The notes: generated from the letters alone by a model not told the origin. 64,000 nucleotides of DNA from Asterias rubens (GCF_902459465.1 NC_047073.1:13268001-13332000), one strand, 5' to 3'. Counted from the stretch's first letter, positions 1 to 12,868 are shown. Made by a program: numbers and translations.

Positions 1-140
1 TCATAACCAACTGAGCACTACACATTCATCACACCCAGACTTCCCAAAAATCCACAGCCAGGGCCCAATGTCATGGAGCTGCTTAAGCAACAACAAAAAA
101 AGCTTGGCGCAAAACAATTTTGCTAAGCAGAAAAAGAGGT

Positions 141-427
141 GTTTTTTTTTATGCAAGTCGCCAGACACACAAGGCATAAAGGCTACTTCAAGGTGTGGGC
201 TACTTTTTTCCAGAGGTCGTTGCCACCTACTCCTAGGGCTGAAACAGGGTTACCCCTTTTACAGTCCATACGGATGTAGGCTTGGGTATCATCAACCCGA
301 AGCCTGGCCGGTAGAGCAGAAAGTACTACCTCCCCAATTTTACGTAGCAAGTGTTCAAATCCCAAATCTGCTGATCAAACACCAGAGCTTGAATCCGGTG
401 CTCTTAATCGCTCGGCCATGACACGCC
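141..427 (-). mobile_element. tRNA-derived SINE, family 1 (core ...CCCAAGCCTACATCCGTATGGACTGTAAAGGG...)
   Basis: Minus strand begins GGCGTGTCATGGCCGAGCGATTAAGAGC (A-box-like) and ends in an A-rich tail. Near-identical bodies occur at 27087-27345 (+) and 52804-53030 (-). Confidence 0.8.
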
Positions 428-850
428 GGGTGCCGGCCAAAATAGCATTATACAGGTATGTACATAGTTTGTCACTGGTTCCCTGCCTATTTTTGCTTAG
501 CAGACATTTGTCAAGCAGTATTTTGTGTATATAAGCATCTGAATGATATCGGACACAGAGCCCAATTTCAAAGAGCTGCGTGAGCACAAATAGAGGCTAA
601 GCACAACAAAATTTTTAACTTACCAGAATAAGGTAACCAGCCAAATACCATTTCACATGTACCATCTGTGACTGGTGTCCTGCTCATTTGTGCTAAGCAG
701 GAAACTGTTAAGCAACTCTCTGCTTAAGCAGCTCTATGAAATGGGCTGTTGTGTGAACCGAGCACCTAAACCCTTACAGTCACCAAAGTGAAAGATTCAG
801 ATGGACTGTTTCGTCCTTCAGATCAGTGGACATTAAGCAATAGGATTGGT

Positions 851-1243
851 TTAAAGGCAGTAAACACTATTGGTAATTACTCAAAATAATTATTAGCATA
901 AAACCTTTCTTGGTGATGAGTAATGGGCAGAGGTTGATGGTATAAAACATTGTGAGAAACTGCTCCCTCTGAAGTGCCATAGTTTTCGAGAAAGAAGTAA
1001 TTTTCCACGAATTTGATTTCGAGACCTCAGGTTTAGAACTTGAGGGCTCGAAATCAACCATCTAAACGCACACAACTTCGTTTGACAATTGTGTTTTTTC
1101 TTTCATTATTATCTCGCAAGTTCGATGACCAATTGAGCTAAAATTTTCACAGGTTAGTTACTTTGTGCATATGTTGAGATACACCAAGTGAGAAGACTGG
1201 TCTTTGACAAGTGACAATTACCTATAGTGTCCACTGCCTTTAA
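851..1243. mobile_element. Non-autonomous DNA transposon (MITE), dominant TTAA/AGG family (T2/Kolobok-like)
   Basis: TTAA at 851-854 and 1240-1243. TIR AGGCAGT(GG)ACACTATTGGTAATT. Internal palindrome GATTTCGAGACCTCA...TGAGG(T/G)CTCGAAATC. Many copies in the window. Confidence 0.85.
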
Positions 1244-1418
1244 ATAATTCTTAAAAGACAGGACACAAAAATAGCAAAAACAATTTGTATGTAATTTGGC
1301 TCCAAAAATGGCCGACGATGGACTGACTGTCACCCTGTTTGATGTCAGTGCAAGGAGAGAGTCACAACACTCAAGGGTAAAGGTTAAAAGAGTAAAAGAA
1401 AAAAAAGATAAATTTGTT

Positions 1419-1726
1419 TTAAAGGGAAAGTACACGTTTGGTAATTACTCAAAACAAATTAACTTAAAAACTGACTTGGTAATGAGCATTGGAGAGCTGT
1501 TGATAGTATAAAACATTGTGGAAAACGACTCCCTCTGAACGAATGTACTTTTTGAGAAAGAGGTAATTTCTCACTCAAATAATAAAAGACTTCTAGCTTT
1601 TCTTGCAACTTCGATGACCAATTGAGCCCAAATTTTCACAGGCTTGTTTATTTTATGCTAATGATAGGATACACCAAGTGACAACAATGGTCTTTGACAA
1701 TCACCAAACGTGTACCTTGCTTTTAA
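1419..1726. mobile_element. MITE, related TTAA subfamily (AAGGAAAGTACACGTTTGGT ends)
   Basis: TTAA at both ends. Inverted ends GTACACGTTTGGT / ACCAAACGTGTAC. Interior shares blocks with the 851-1243 family. Confidence 0.7.
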
Positions 1727-2199
1727 CATTGGTGAGAAAAAAAACAATGTGAAAGGGCAGGTCTGTATTCTTGGCATCATCTTGGCATCAATCTTCAAGA
1801 TCATGTTTTTTTTATTTCAAAAGGTCACTGCTTCTAGATTAAATTCTAAATTAATTCATCCTTAGTAGATAATACGGAAATGTAACAATTATGATAATAG
1901 GTATTCATAATGATTCCTTTGAAGTTGGACCCTCACAATAATAACTTGAAGCATGTGCGTGTAAGGTGCATTCTAATAATATTCTCAAGGCTTACTTACA
2001 ATTCAATTCTGAAAAAACTGCGCTCAAGTTTTGAAGGATGATTTACACAGTAATCAATACAATAACCCAATTTTTTCTGAACGGAGTAATATTTCGTACT
2101 TTAGAGTGCAACGCTTGCTGCTCACCAACAACCCCGCTAAATTGTATTGGATTTAAAGGTGATCCAGGGCCTTAAACAGGATTTTAAAAATAGAGTATT

Positions 2200-2400
2200 G
2201 CAAACTGGTGTTTAAATTGAAAAACAGGGCATCAACATTTGTTGTAGACTGAAAACTAGGGTGTATGGTCAATTGAAAAAAAAAAACGGGGCATAAAAAT
2301 TTGTGGAAAAATGAAAAAACTGGGCATGTAAGTTTTGTGGTAAACTAAAAAACAGTTCATCCAAATTTGTGATAAATTGAAAAGCAGGGTGTTAAACATG
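2200..2400. repeat. Degenerate ~30-bp minisatellite (AAAAACAGGGCAT.../AAATTTGTG units)
   Basis: Recurring AAAA(C/A)(A/T)GGG(C/T)(A/G)T and TTTGTG motifs at roughly 30-bp spacing. Confidence 0.5.
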
Positions 2401-3730
2401 AAAATAATAATACCTTTTGATTTTGAAATGAATACATTGTTGCAAAATATACTGATGCGAAATCTGGACTATTTGTGGTGGAAAGTTATGGAAAAGTCAG
2501 ATTTCGCCTAGTGATTATATTCTCTGATGGCAATGCACCAAGGAAATGCATTCAATATTTGTTTTAGACCTTGTTCATTTGGACAAACGGGCAGAGAACA
2601 ATCATTTAAAAAATGATGGCCTAAAGACACCCTATTATCGATTTATATAAGACTCCTATAGATGTTAAATTTTGGAGGTATCATGGTGGTAAATTATGTA
2701 CAGTGGCAAAATAAAGGATGCCATATGAATGAAATGACAACCACAGAGCAAGGATTCTAACAACAAGCTTGACATGCCTCAGGCCTAATAGGGCCTACTT
2801 CACAGAGGCAATGAAGGCGATCCCCATGCCCCCTGGTCATTGCCTTAGTGCCCTTGAATTGATGCTTCAGTGGAAATTTACAATTTCCTCAAAGGGTGCC
2901 TTTTTACCAAGAAAAAAATGCCTTGGTGCCCTTGCCCTTTAAAAAAAAAAGGAAGTATACATGCCTGATACATATTTGTACCACAACTGAGCCATACCCT
3001 TTGACCTTTCTGGTTTCTAAGAAACACACAGTGCAGACCACCCCCTTTAAACATTTCATTTTGTATCAAACCCAAATTGTTAATTTGTTATTTCCACATT
3101 GATTAATCAGTGGCACAATAGATGAATCTACTTAGACCTCAACAAATTAATCTCTTCCTCCCCGGGCTTTAATGTCGCAAATAACATCCCAGAATGTCCA
3201 GGCCTAGGGCTCTCGGAGTCAGAGTTACTCCTAAAATAACCAGTCCCCTCTTCCTTTATAAATATAAATGTAGCCTACTTCTATGGGTTAAATTTTATAT
3301 TGGTCATGTTTCCGTATCGGTCATCTCACAAGGATTGACACCTTGGGGTGAGTAGTGTGGTTAATTCACAACGCCATATGCTGACCACTGATGACCACCC
3401 TAACTAGATTAGCGACCATGAAATAACTGTGTACACAACATGTCCTGTGTGGTTAAGCCTGTTTCATACTTCCTGCAAATGCGATTCAATCATGGAGGTA
3501 GAAATAGCCTCCATGATTAAATGCAATACAAACTTTTGCATCACAAATTTGCAACAAATAATTTTGCATCAGTTGACCTGCGCTGAACTCCTGCGAAACA
3601 TTTGCTGCGAAAAAAAAACAACCCTTTGACTTCAAAATTCACAGGAAGTATGAAGCGGGCTTTAAGCAGTGTGATTTCTACATGTCATTTTCACACCATT
3701 GTTTTTCAAGTAACAAACAAACTATATCTA

Positions 3731-4050
3731 GGGTGTCATGGCGGAGTGGTTAAGTCATCGGAGTGTGGGTTCGGGTCCCGGTCGTGACACTTGAGCAAGA
3801 TACTTAAACTTACCTCTCTTCACCCAGGGGTATAAATGGGTACCTGCGAGTGCAGAGGTTGATATTATATGTATGAAAAAGCCTGAAGCGCTTTGGTTGC
3901 CCGGGTTGTATACTCCCCAGGGAGCTCAGAAAGATTAAAGAAATGTTATTGCCATTGGCCAATGACCTGGGCACTAATGTAAAGCGCATTGAGACGATTA
4001 TTGTGAAATTAACTATATAAATTATAAGAACTAGTTATTATTATTATGTA
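3731..4050 (+). mobile_element. tRNA-derived SINE with Meta-type central domain and L2-like tail
   Basis: Head GGGTGTCATGGCGGAGTGGTTAAG...GGTTCGGGTCCC. Core CTCTCTTCACCCAGGGGTATAAATGGGTACC resembles the MetaSINE core. AAGCGCATTGAG motif and (TTA)n tail. Confidence 0.7.
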
Positions 4051-4262
4051 ATAATAACAATAATTTTAATAGTCGGCCTTCTATGATGTACAACATAAAG
4101 CGCTTTGACAAGTGAGATCAAAGCATTGCAATACAGAATAGCAAAATAACTAGCTCAGGGTAAACAAGCTACATTAAAGCATATCAGACGGACAAGTGCC
4201 ATTTGCAGGCCGAAACAAAAACAATAAGAAGTTATTTCACGAAAAACATCTAGAGAAAACCA

Positions 4263-4439
4263 CAGGCCTGATATCTCATGGAGGCAACGGAGGCGATTGT
4301 CTTCGTTGCCCCTTGTCATTGCTTTGGTGCCCTTGAAATGCTCACAGTAGAAATTTACAGTTTCCTCATAGGGCGCCCTTTACCAAAGAGAAAATGCCTT
4401 GGTGCCCTTGCCCTTTCAAAAACGAAGCATACAGCCCTG
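4263..4439 (+). mobile_element. Short CAGG...CCTG-ended non-autonomous element (hAT-like ends)
   Basis: Starts CAGGCCTG and ends AGCCCTG. Second copy at ~2780-2968 shares TGCCTTGGTGCCCTTGCCCTTT. Related reverse copy at ~43003-43170. Confidence 0.6.
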
Positions 4440-5060
4440 AAACCATATAAAATAGAATAAGCCTTTTAAAACCAAGAAAACAACAAGTAGAAAACATTCA
4501 AAAGACCCTGTTTCATACCACAGTGCTTTGGCCAAACTTCCAATTAGAGGGATTTATTTGTACCAGTGAATCATGAAGTAGCAAAACAAGTTGTTTATAA
4601 ATAGCACTTCTTGAAAATTGAAAACAAAAATCGGTACTTTTTACAGAACTTTCCTCTGTGCTTACGGTACCTGCTACAACTGCAGCATTCATAATAACTA
4701 ATTAACTTCATTTTATCCTTACATAATGTGTGTTATTAAAAGCTCAATGCTTTCCAAATCCTTTGGGAAAAACAAATCTAAGACTTCTTGGGTTGGAGTA
4801 TGTTATGTAATGTATAAACTGTGACTGGTTTCCTGCCAATTTATGCTTGTTTACCTGCGTTACACTAACTGCCAACTGCCATGTGGCACGTTGAGGATAT
4901 TATGGCGTGATGGCTAAAGTAACGATTATGGAACGTTTATCTGACAGCCTGGTATTTCATGTATTTCGAGCAAAAATGACGTCATAAGTGCTAATTGCAA
5001 TAATAATATACTTCACTGTGTAAAAATGCGGGCCAAAGGCCAGTGATTTGTGACCAGTGA

Positions 5061-5297
5061 CCAATTTCATAGCGCCGCTTAGCAGCCGATTTGTTGCTTA
5101 CTGTGCGATTTCTATTTCATAGCGCTGCTAACCGTAAGCACAGGAAAAGGCATGCTAACCTTCCGGTGCTTACCGCACGAAAATAAATGACGTCACAATG
5201 CAAATCCACGGTAAACACGCAGTATGGCCGCCCAATTTTTCTTAACCTGTGAAATACGCTAAGGCAGCGTTAAGCAGCGCTATGAAATTGGGCCCAG
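5061..5297. mobile_element. Palindromic MITE, GGGCCCAATTTCATAG family
   Basis: CCAATTTCATAGCG...CGCTATGAAATTGGGCCCAG inverted ends. Relatives at ~61-130, ~690-747, 11911-12073, ~24590-24652 and ~63620-63755. Confidence 0.7.
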
Positions 5298-6221
5298 TAC
5301 ATGTAGTTCTTCTTCTTCAAAACGGCCTAGGGAAGACTGTCCATCCATAATATCTAAACTGCCCCTTTTGCCCCTCATTGTTACCAAAGCAATCTCATTT
5401 GAATAAATAAGATCCCTATACCGGGTACTGCTTTATTTGGATAACTTTCCGTATGGCGCCACCACTTTTTCACTCATTTGTACAAAAAGTGATCTCATTG
5501 AGGTAAATTAGATACTATATTATTTCATATCGAATGAAATGAAAAAGTGGTAGCTGGATACATAATTTGTCCCGTGCCTCCTTGAACTGGTTTGCAGACA
5601 AATTTCCTCAACACTTTTTCATTTGTCATGAAATAAATCGTATCAAATTAACCTAATTCCTTTTTTAGGTGTATAAAACATTACCATCATATATTATTAG
5701 TGACACATGTGTGAGAGTGACAACATCATCATGATCCTAATGTAATAGAATAGTAACATTTATAACTAAATTAAATATTTAGGGGCCTAATTATTTTTAA
5801 AATAAAAAATAAATAAAAAATCAAATGTATCCATAATCATTCATCGCTACAATTAGACTGTCACTATAGTTTAGCAATAGTAAAGAAAAAGTAATTTAAA
5901 TTTCAAAACACGCACTTCACCCACTGTGATCACAGTAAACACTGACTCAGCACACCAGTATGTCAATGTGGTGGTGGGGGAGTCACCCCGCATTACACAG
6001 TTAGTAATGTTGTTCCACTCAACACTGTATAGTACATAACAATTTTATGCATTTTTCATCTAATTTTACGGCAACCTACCTTTACTCAAATCAAGCGGAA
6101 CGTCGGTATCTCCACTATCATGACGACCTGAAAATAAACATCAAAACACATCATTATTCCTTCTATCAATTCCGACCAAACTACAACGAAATAAACATAG
6201 AATTGGTGAAATACGGCTTAC

Positions 6222-6267
6222 CTTTGGGGCGCCTTCCACTCCTTCTCGGGTACATGGTCGCCGCCAT
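6222..6267 (-). CDS. Probable first coding exon of an unidentified gene (MAATMYPRRSGRRPK...), divergent from ATP5F1D
   Basis: ATGGCGGCG start, 46 nt open, strong donor AAAG|GTAAGC, GC-rich upstream context with CGCGCATGTGCA. Downstream exons are not resolved; a weak candidate lies at 3132-3253. Confidence 0.45.
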
Positions 6268-6282
6268 ACTACATGACAGAAA

Positions 6283-6294
6283 CGCGCATGTGCA
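6283..6294. promoter_or_regulatory. NRF-1/P3A2-like site CGCGCATGTGCA between divergent genes
   Basis: Close match to the YGCGCAYGCGCR consensus, ~16 nt upstream of the 6267 ATG and ~1.1 kb upstream of ATP5F1D. Confidence 0.3.
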
Positions 6295-7432
6295 TACATT
6301 GGATGGGCTGCCAAAAAAGTCTGGTGTGTCTGTGATTAACCTGCACGTTACAGTTGTGGGCAGATGAACAATATCAAATGCAAGGTCATTTCGGGTTTTT
6401 CATGGTCAGATGGTCACACTCGTCCAAATGGTACAAAGTTCAAAAACGATTACTTTTTTTATACGGGTGGAAAAAAAACTGTTTTGCACATCAGGATGGC
6501 TGGGTACTTTTGGGGAGCTGAAATTAAATTCTATCTTTGTAATTTTGTGATGCAATGGGCAACTTCGGAGTGCCTTGGATAGGCGGGCGCCCGTCCCGCC
6601 CTCCTCGTGGACTAAAAGTACTTAAGTCTTTCATAGAAGAGAGACAGGTGTACCCCCTGAGTTACCATGTTCCCCCTCACTGCTCCTCCCGGTCCCCATA
6701 CTCAAGTAGGCCTAAAATGTGTGGTGGTGGTAGGGGGGCACTCGAAAAGTATCCATAGACAAAAGAAGCAACCTTATCAACAAACAGATCCGTATTATTT
6801 TTGTATTTAAGACCTTTGAAGTCATGCTCCGTTTATTGTCAATAACTTCGGTACCCCTCCCCCTTTTTTAAGGCTCTCGAGCGAGCTTGACTTCTGCTGC
6901 CTGGTCGTGTCAAATAATTTTCCAAGGAAGATGACTTTGCAATTTTTATTTTTAATTGTGTTTCTCCCGGCAACAAAAAACATTGCAGTAATATAGACCC
7001 AGTAATGGGGCTCTGTACTCTTTTTTTTTTCGAAATTTGTAAAATAAAAAAAATAAAAAATTTCGAGAAAAAAGGAGTACATCGCTCCATGCAGTTGGTC
7101 TAGATAACATAAAATTAACGTTAAGAACCATTAGGCCTATTTATAAATACAATATTTGTTTACATTCATTTATTTATTTATTTATTTATGTAACTAATAT
7201 TTGTAAATATCAATAATTATTTGTATATAATCATTACTTGTAATAAAAAAATACTACATGTATTTGTGTGTAAACAATTATTATGACTTCTATTTTTACA
7301 CAGACGACGATCGAATGAATAGGAAGTCATGCGCCCTCTGTCGGTGTGTCATTTGAGATCGGCTTGAATCAAGACTACGACCGGCCTGGTGGTGTGAACT
7401 TTTCCTGATCTCCAACAAAAAAATCATCAAAA

Positions 7433-10400
7433 ATGTCGATGTTGAGGAATATCTTGAGGTTATCTGCAACTGTAAAAGTATGCAGAACACCAAAGATAAC
7501 ACAGCCACTTAGATGTTATGCAGAGGAAGCCTCCAAAACAGCGGCAGCGACTCAAATGTCCTTTTCATTTGGCATGCCAGGAAAGGTAAATTACTAAAAA
7601 TTATTTGTATGCCTTCACACTAGTGAAGAGGGTTAAGATTCTATTTCCGACACAAATCATTCACTTTTGCTGTAAACTTTTCTCATGGTTTAACAGTTGG
7701 TGTGTCGTTACTCTTAATCTTATATGACATGATGATGTGTGACCCTAGCTATATTTGGCTGCCTTGAAGTAACTAATCGAATTCAATATATATTACAAAT
7801 CAAGAGGAAAGAAATTATGGTTTTGACTGAGGGCGGCTGAGCGGAGTGAGATAGGGGATCTGTTTTTGTTTTACTTTTTTGTCTGGTAATCTGCACCTCG
7901 CCACCAATTTATCTGCTCCAAATTAGCTCAAATTTCACTTGGGGGAATTGAAACGGCTCAGTTTGAGCCAAAACAATGCCGGCTCTCCTCTGATCAAGAA
8001 ATGGCTCAAATTCAAAAGATCCGCTCAAAATAAGCCAGTCTTGGCTCACATCTGTTGAGCCAAGACTGGCTCAGCATGCTCAGATATGAGATGGGATTTG
8101 GGGGGGGGGGGGTCCCGCTTGTGTGGGTTGTCATGGATGTTGACTGTTCTCCATTAGGAAAGATTTCTGTATCATGTTCCTTCCACCACTTTTTCATTCA
8201 TTTAAAAAAAAATTGCTATCCTTTGATTAAGTAAATTTTGTCCATATTTATTTCATTAAACATAAGGCATAAAGAATTGGTGGCAGGGTACAAAAAAAAC
8301 AAAGAGTGCACAGTGCTGCCTCAATTACCAGACATGTGATTTTGTTTTACTTTAAACTTAGTCATAATCACAACCTATAACCTGTGGACAAACCTTCCCA
8401 TCCCGTCAATAACTTCACATTCTTGTTTCCTTTTCATTTTTCAACAGATGTTTTACAGCGACTCCGATGTTAAACAGATTGATATTCCGTCAGGAACTGG
8501 GACCTTTGGTGTACTCCAGCAACACGTACCAGCATTGGCCGTATTGAAACCTGGTCTTCTTAGTGTCCTAGAGCACGATGGCACCATCAACAAATTTTTC
8601 GGTTGGTGAAAAAGTCTTCATTAAACCGTATTAAACTATCCCATATAATGTACTCTTTGCCAAAGTGAATGAATTAGAAGGAACGGGGCTATGTTACTTA
8701 AAGCCACTGGACACTATTGGTAATTGTCAAAGACTAGTCTTCTCACTTGGTGTATCTCAACATATGCATAAAATAATTTGAGCTCAATCGGTCGTTGAAG
8801 TTGCAAGATATTAAGGAAAGAAAAAACACCCTTGTCGCACCATGGTCACACAGTTGTGTTCTGATGCTTGATTTCGAGACCTCATATTCTAAGTCTGAGG
8901 TCTCGAAATCAAGTTCCTGGAAAATATCTTCTTTCTCAAAAACTACTTCACTTCAGAGGGAGCTGTTTCTCACATAGTTTTATACTATCAACCTCTCCCC
9001 ATTACTCAGAATCAAGAAAGGTTTTATGCTAATAATTATTTTGAGTAATTACCACTAGTGTCCACTGCCTTTAAGGATTTCTTTGCAGGGGATTGTATAA
9101 AATAACAAATTTTCCATCAAGGAGACTGCAAAGCTCCTCTCAAGTCGTTTTATAAAAAAAAGATAACTGGGTATGGAATTTACAGGAACAGAGCGCCATA
9201 GCAAAATACTTTTGAAGAATTTTTTGTGTGTGACAGAAAGTACCAGATATGAAATGTGGATAATTGTGAATATTTTGTCCTGCGGATAATTGAAAATATT
9301 TGTTGATGGCAGTCAGTAGATGATAATGTAATGTGGATAATTGTGAATAATTATACATTATTTTGTATTGCAGTCAGTAGCGGTTCTGTCACAATTAACG
9401 CAGATTCATCAGTGCAGGTCCTAGCAGAGATGGCTGTCCCCTTAGACCAGTTGGATTCAGCTGTAAGTCAAATCATCTTATCGTTTGTTGGGGGTGACAT
9501 ATCATTCCTTGCACTGCAAGACTTTACCTAGGATTTGGTAAAAAGGGTGTCCAAATTAGCTATATAAAAAACTGGGTGTCCAAATTGTTCCCTTTTAATA
9601 CATCTATTTGAAATGACAGATAAAACAGGGTGTCAATATTTATTAAAGGAACACGTTGCCTTGGATCGGTCGAGTTGGTCTTTGAAAAGCGTATTTAACC
9701 GTTTGTTATAGAATGCATATGATTATGAAGATATTTTAAAAGTAGAATATAATGATCCACACAAGTATCACTCGAAATTGGGTGGTTTTCCTTTTACCTC
9801 GTCGACAAACACGGTCGGCCATTTATGGGAGTCAAATTTTTTACTCCCTTAATGGCCGACCCGTGTTAGTTCGCAAAGTAAAAGGAAAACCATGCAATTT
9901 CGAGTGATACTTGTGTGGATCATTGTATTCCAATTCTACTTTTTAAACATCTTTCTAAACAAATTTTATAACAAACGGTTACAAACGCTTTTCACAGACC
10001 AACTCGTCCGATCCAAGGCAACGTGTTTCTTTAAAACAGGGTTTTAGAAAAACACCCATACACCCCTCTGGTCAACACTATGTTGCACTAGTAGCATAAA
10101 TCATCATTAGTCATAAGCTGTGTCATTCAGTGTGGGATGTACCGTCTCATGCATCTAAGCCATTCAACTTTAGCAGGCGCTTACGCAACTGCACAAACAC
10201 CTTTTGTTTTAGTTTTATGAGTTTTAGTTTATTGACACTGTAACTGTAATCCCTAGCCTCTGGCCTGTGGTCCAGTGCAAAGTTTGAGCCCTGGCTGATT
10301 ACTGAGGATGTATCTCACAATTTAGGATACACTAAAATTACCGACTCTTTATGTTTTGTTTGTTCTTTGTGTTAGGCGGTCAAGGAAGGATTGTCCAAGG

Positions 10401-10504
10401 CCCAGCAGGAATTAGCCGCAGCCAACACGGACCTAGCCAGAGCCGAAGCTCAAATAGCGATTGAGACACATGAAGCCATGGATCAAGCTATTTCTGCAAA
10501 GTAA
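7433..10504 (+). CDS. ATP5F1D: Mitochondrial ATP synthase F1 subunit delta, 174 aa, 4 coding exons
   Basis: Exons 7433-7585, 8448-8601, 9374-9462, 10376-10504; all GT-AG with consistent phases. Transit peptide MSMLRNILRLSA; motifs QMSFSFGMP, VKQIDIPSGTGTFGVLQQHVP, VSSGSVTINADSSVQVLAE, ARAEAQIAIE. Confidence 0.96.
8698..9074. mobile_element. MITE, dominant TTAA/AGG family (ATP5F1D intron 2)
   Basis: TTAA 8698-8701 and 9071-9074 with GGACACTATTGGTAATT TIRs. Confidence 0.85.
9643..10034. mobile_element. Fully palindromic ~390-bp TTAA-flanked MITE (ATP5F1D intron 3)
   Basis: AAAGGAACACGTTGCCTTGGATCGG... and ...CCGATCCAAGGCAACGTGTTTCTTT. The arms stay complementary almost to the centre (GGGAGTCAAA/TTTTACTCCC). 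Confidence 0.85.
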
Positions 10505-10576
10505 TCTCCGAATAGGATTGTTTCCATTATGGTAAGAAGTCTCTCTTTTCTTCACCGCTGTTTCTGTAACTGTTTT

Positions 10577-10720
10577 AACGGGAGACTTTGGAACACTGTG
10601 GCAGCAGACTGACCAGGTTAAACTTCATTGTTTACGTAGTTCTGAGCATGTGCACATTACAGAGAACAATGGATTTACCTGGTAAGTCTGCTGCCACCTA
10701 GTGTCCCAAAAGTTCTCCGT
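10577..10720. mobile_element. ~145-bp palindromic MITE
   Basis: AACGGGAGACTTTGG...GGCAGCAGACT / AGTCTGCTGCC...CCAAAAGTTCTCCGTT. Second copy at 24001-24142. Confidence 0.75.
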
Positions 10721-10880
10721 TGGTAGAGCGCCAGCATGTTAATCCCAAGGTTACAGGTTCTAGTCCTGCTCTAGTCAAGTTTTCTTTGTTCATCCCCAAA
10801 TTATTCAAAAGTTACATAGTCAGTTTCCTTAGTGGTTTATTCATTGATATTTGAAATAAAAAGCTGCATCCTCTTGAGAT
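10719..10880 (+). mobile_element. tRNA-derived SINE fragment
   Basis: GTTGGTAGAGCGCCAGCATG...GGTTCTAGTCC resembles tRNA D-arm and B-box sequence; no acceptor stem or complete cloverleaf. Confidence 0.5.
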
Positions 10881-12338
10881 GATCCGGGGAAGAGATTTCC
10901 CTAAGACACGTTACTATTTAAGTATTTAAGAGACCACCACATCCTTTGCGTTTTGCTTTGGTAAACATTGGTATCACATTGTGAGTGAATTAATGTAATT
11001 TTTTTCTTATTCTTGCCATCAGATTTTTGGATTTTCCAGAGTTTTATCAGAGTACAGGTTTGATTCGTGTCGGCTCACTACCTGCAGGTTGGAATAGTTT
11101 AACTGGAGGGATAAAAGCGTTTGTTGAGGGACTGACTGCCTATGAATGCATTGGATGTTTTACTTGACTGGTCACAGTAGCTCATCAGGCAACAAACCAG
11201 AGCAGTCTCAGACTTACTTGAAACATTTATCCGTCTAACTTGTGAACTAAGAGATAAAAAAACGAAGAAATTACACACTTCATTCTTCAAACTTATCTTA
11301 GTTTTTGATGTTATAAACAAATCCATTTCCAGTAAAAAAAAACATAACTGAAAGTTTAGACTGAAGTTTACTTCACTACATGATCCACATTGACTTCTAC
11401 ATTTGTAGGTAGTTTAGCCAGACCCTCCGTTCAATGACACCATTCTTACATTTGAGATTGTATCCCTTATAAAGGAGATTTGTTCGAACTCTAGAAACTT
11501 AATGAAAATTATCCTTTGTGTAAAAGTTTTAAACATGATTTTCAAAGTTTTGCTCCCATTTGTTTAGACTTACGATTGTCAATGCAGCAGTTTTGGAAGA
11601 CGACAATTTCAATTGCTCTTAAATGTTTGGAGTTTTTAACGGCACTGGTGATGTTTTTGGAATTTCCATTCTGTTTCTGTTTGATTGTTAGATCTTTTAT
11701 AATACTTCATATTTGGGTGAAACAATTATAATTGAACTGCTTGAAATAATATTGACAATTATTAGGATGGCGGCCCTCTTCACTAATTTACATTAGATTG
11801 GTGAAGAAATTTTGTTATGAGTGAAATAAATTTGATGACAATAATTTAACTCTTTTTTGTGTTTTATGGATTCTTTCAAATTATGTGAAGACAGTTCACC
11901 AGTAAGAGTTCTGGGCCCAATTTCATAGAGCTGCGTAAGCGCCGCAATAATATTTTGAATCAGCCAAAACGCCATTCAATATGTATCATCTATAACTGGT
12001 ATCCTGCTTAAATTTTTTGCTTAGCAGAATTTTTTTAATCACCAATTGCTGCTTAAAGAGCTCTATGAAATTTGTTCGGTTCTTAACGGCATAATTCATT
12101 AATTGAGAAATCTTTTGCTTAGGCAGGTCCATTAAAGGGACGGTACAGAATTTGTAAGAAAAAAACTTGTCTAAGATCACAGATTTACATGAAACTTACA
12201 CGGAACACACAACATCCCTTGAAATATTTCTGTCTGAAATGTCATTTTTTTATGATAAATAAATAAATATAGTTTCCCATTTGGAGTTAAACAGTTTTTC
12301 TCGTGACCCAGATGGCTTATCGATCTCAAAGTACCAAG

Positions 12339-12550
12339 TATAGATGATGTGACCTCTGACGTCACATGAAAACCATAACATGATTCGCGCGCATATCGCC
12401 GGGCAAAACCTTTGTGTTTTGGCAGCTAGCTAGCTAGTGTATGAAATCTTACCATGAATACGCATCTTTTTGCCCGGCGAAACATGACATATTACAGTGT
12501 TTTTTCAACAGGGGCTGTTTGAATGTAAAACATAGGTCACATCGTCTTTA
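12339..12550. mobile_element. ~210-bp MITE with TATAGA(C/T)GATGTGACC ends
   Basis: Inverted ends GATGTGACC / GGTCACATC. Reverse-oriented copy at ~22285-22492 shares GCCGGGCAAAA and CCTTTGTGTTTTGGCAGC blocks. Confidence 0.75.
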
Positions 12551-12868
12551 CAGTGCTAATACACATCAGTGTATGTGGGTAAAAAAAGTAAAAGTAATAC
12601 ACTTTGTGAGAACTTGTTACTTTTTCTTCAGAATGAAGTTCCTGTTTCAAGAAGTGTCTGAATTGTGAAAGTAGGGATTGATTTTGGTTATAATTGTATT
12701 ATATGTAAAGACAATACACATAATATGCATAATTTGGAACTGAAAGTGTGGAACAGCTCATACAGTACCCTCACCGAGGTCAAAGGAAGACTTATTATTG
12801 GCCGACAGTTATGAGAAAGGGGCTCTCTTTGACAAACACCCCATGTAGATGACGTCACGAGCTCCAAA

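Noticed and set aside
770-830. Hammerhead-like CTGA...GACGAAAC on the minus strand
   Set aside because: The core does not fit CUGAnGA spacing and no stems I or II form.
867-1075. Recurrent small ORFs (MVDFETSSSK..., also at 8795, 33226, 50593, 50895)
   Set aside because: Translations of the dominant MITE; copies differ by frameshifts and stops.
1296-1511. Plus-strand ORF MADDGLTVTLF...
   Set aside because: It runs into a MITE, has no recognisable homology and has no supporting exon chain.
1990-2011. 9-nt micro-exon on the minus strand
   Set aside because: It has splice-like flanks only, with no reading-frame or homology support.
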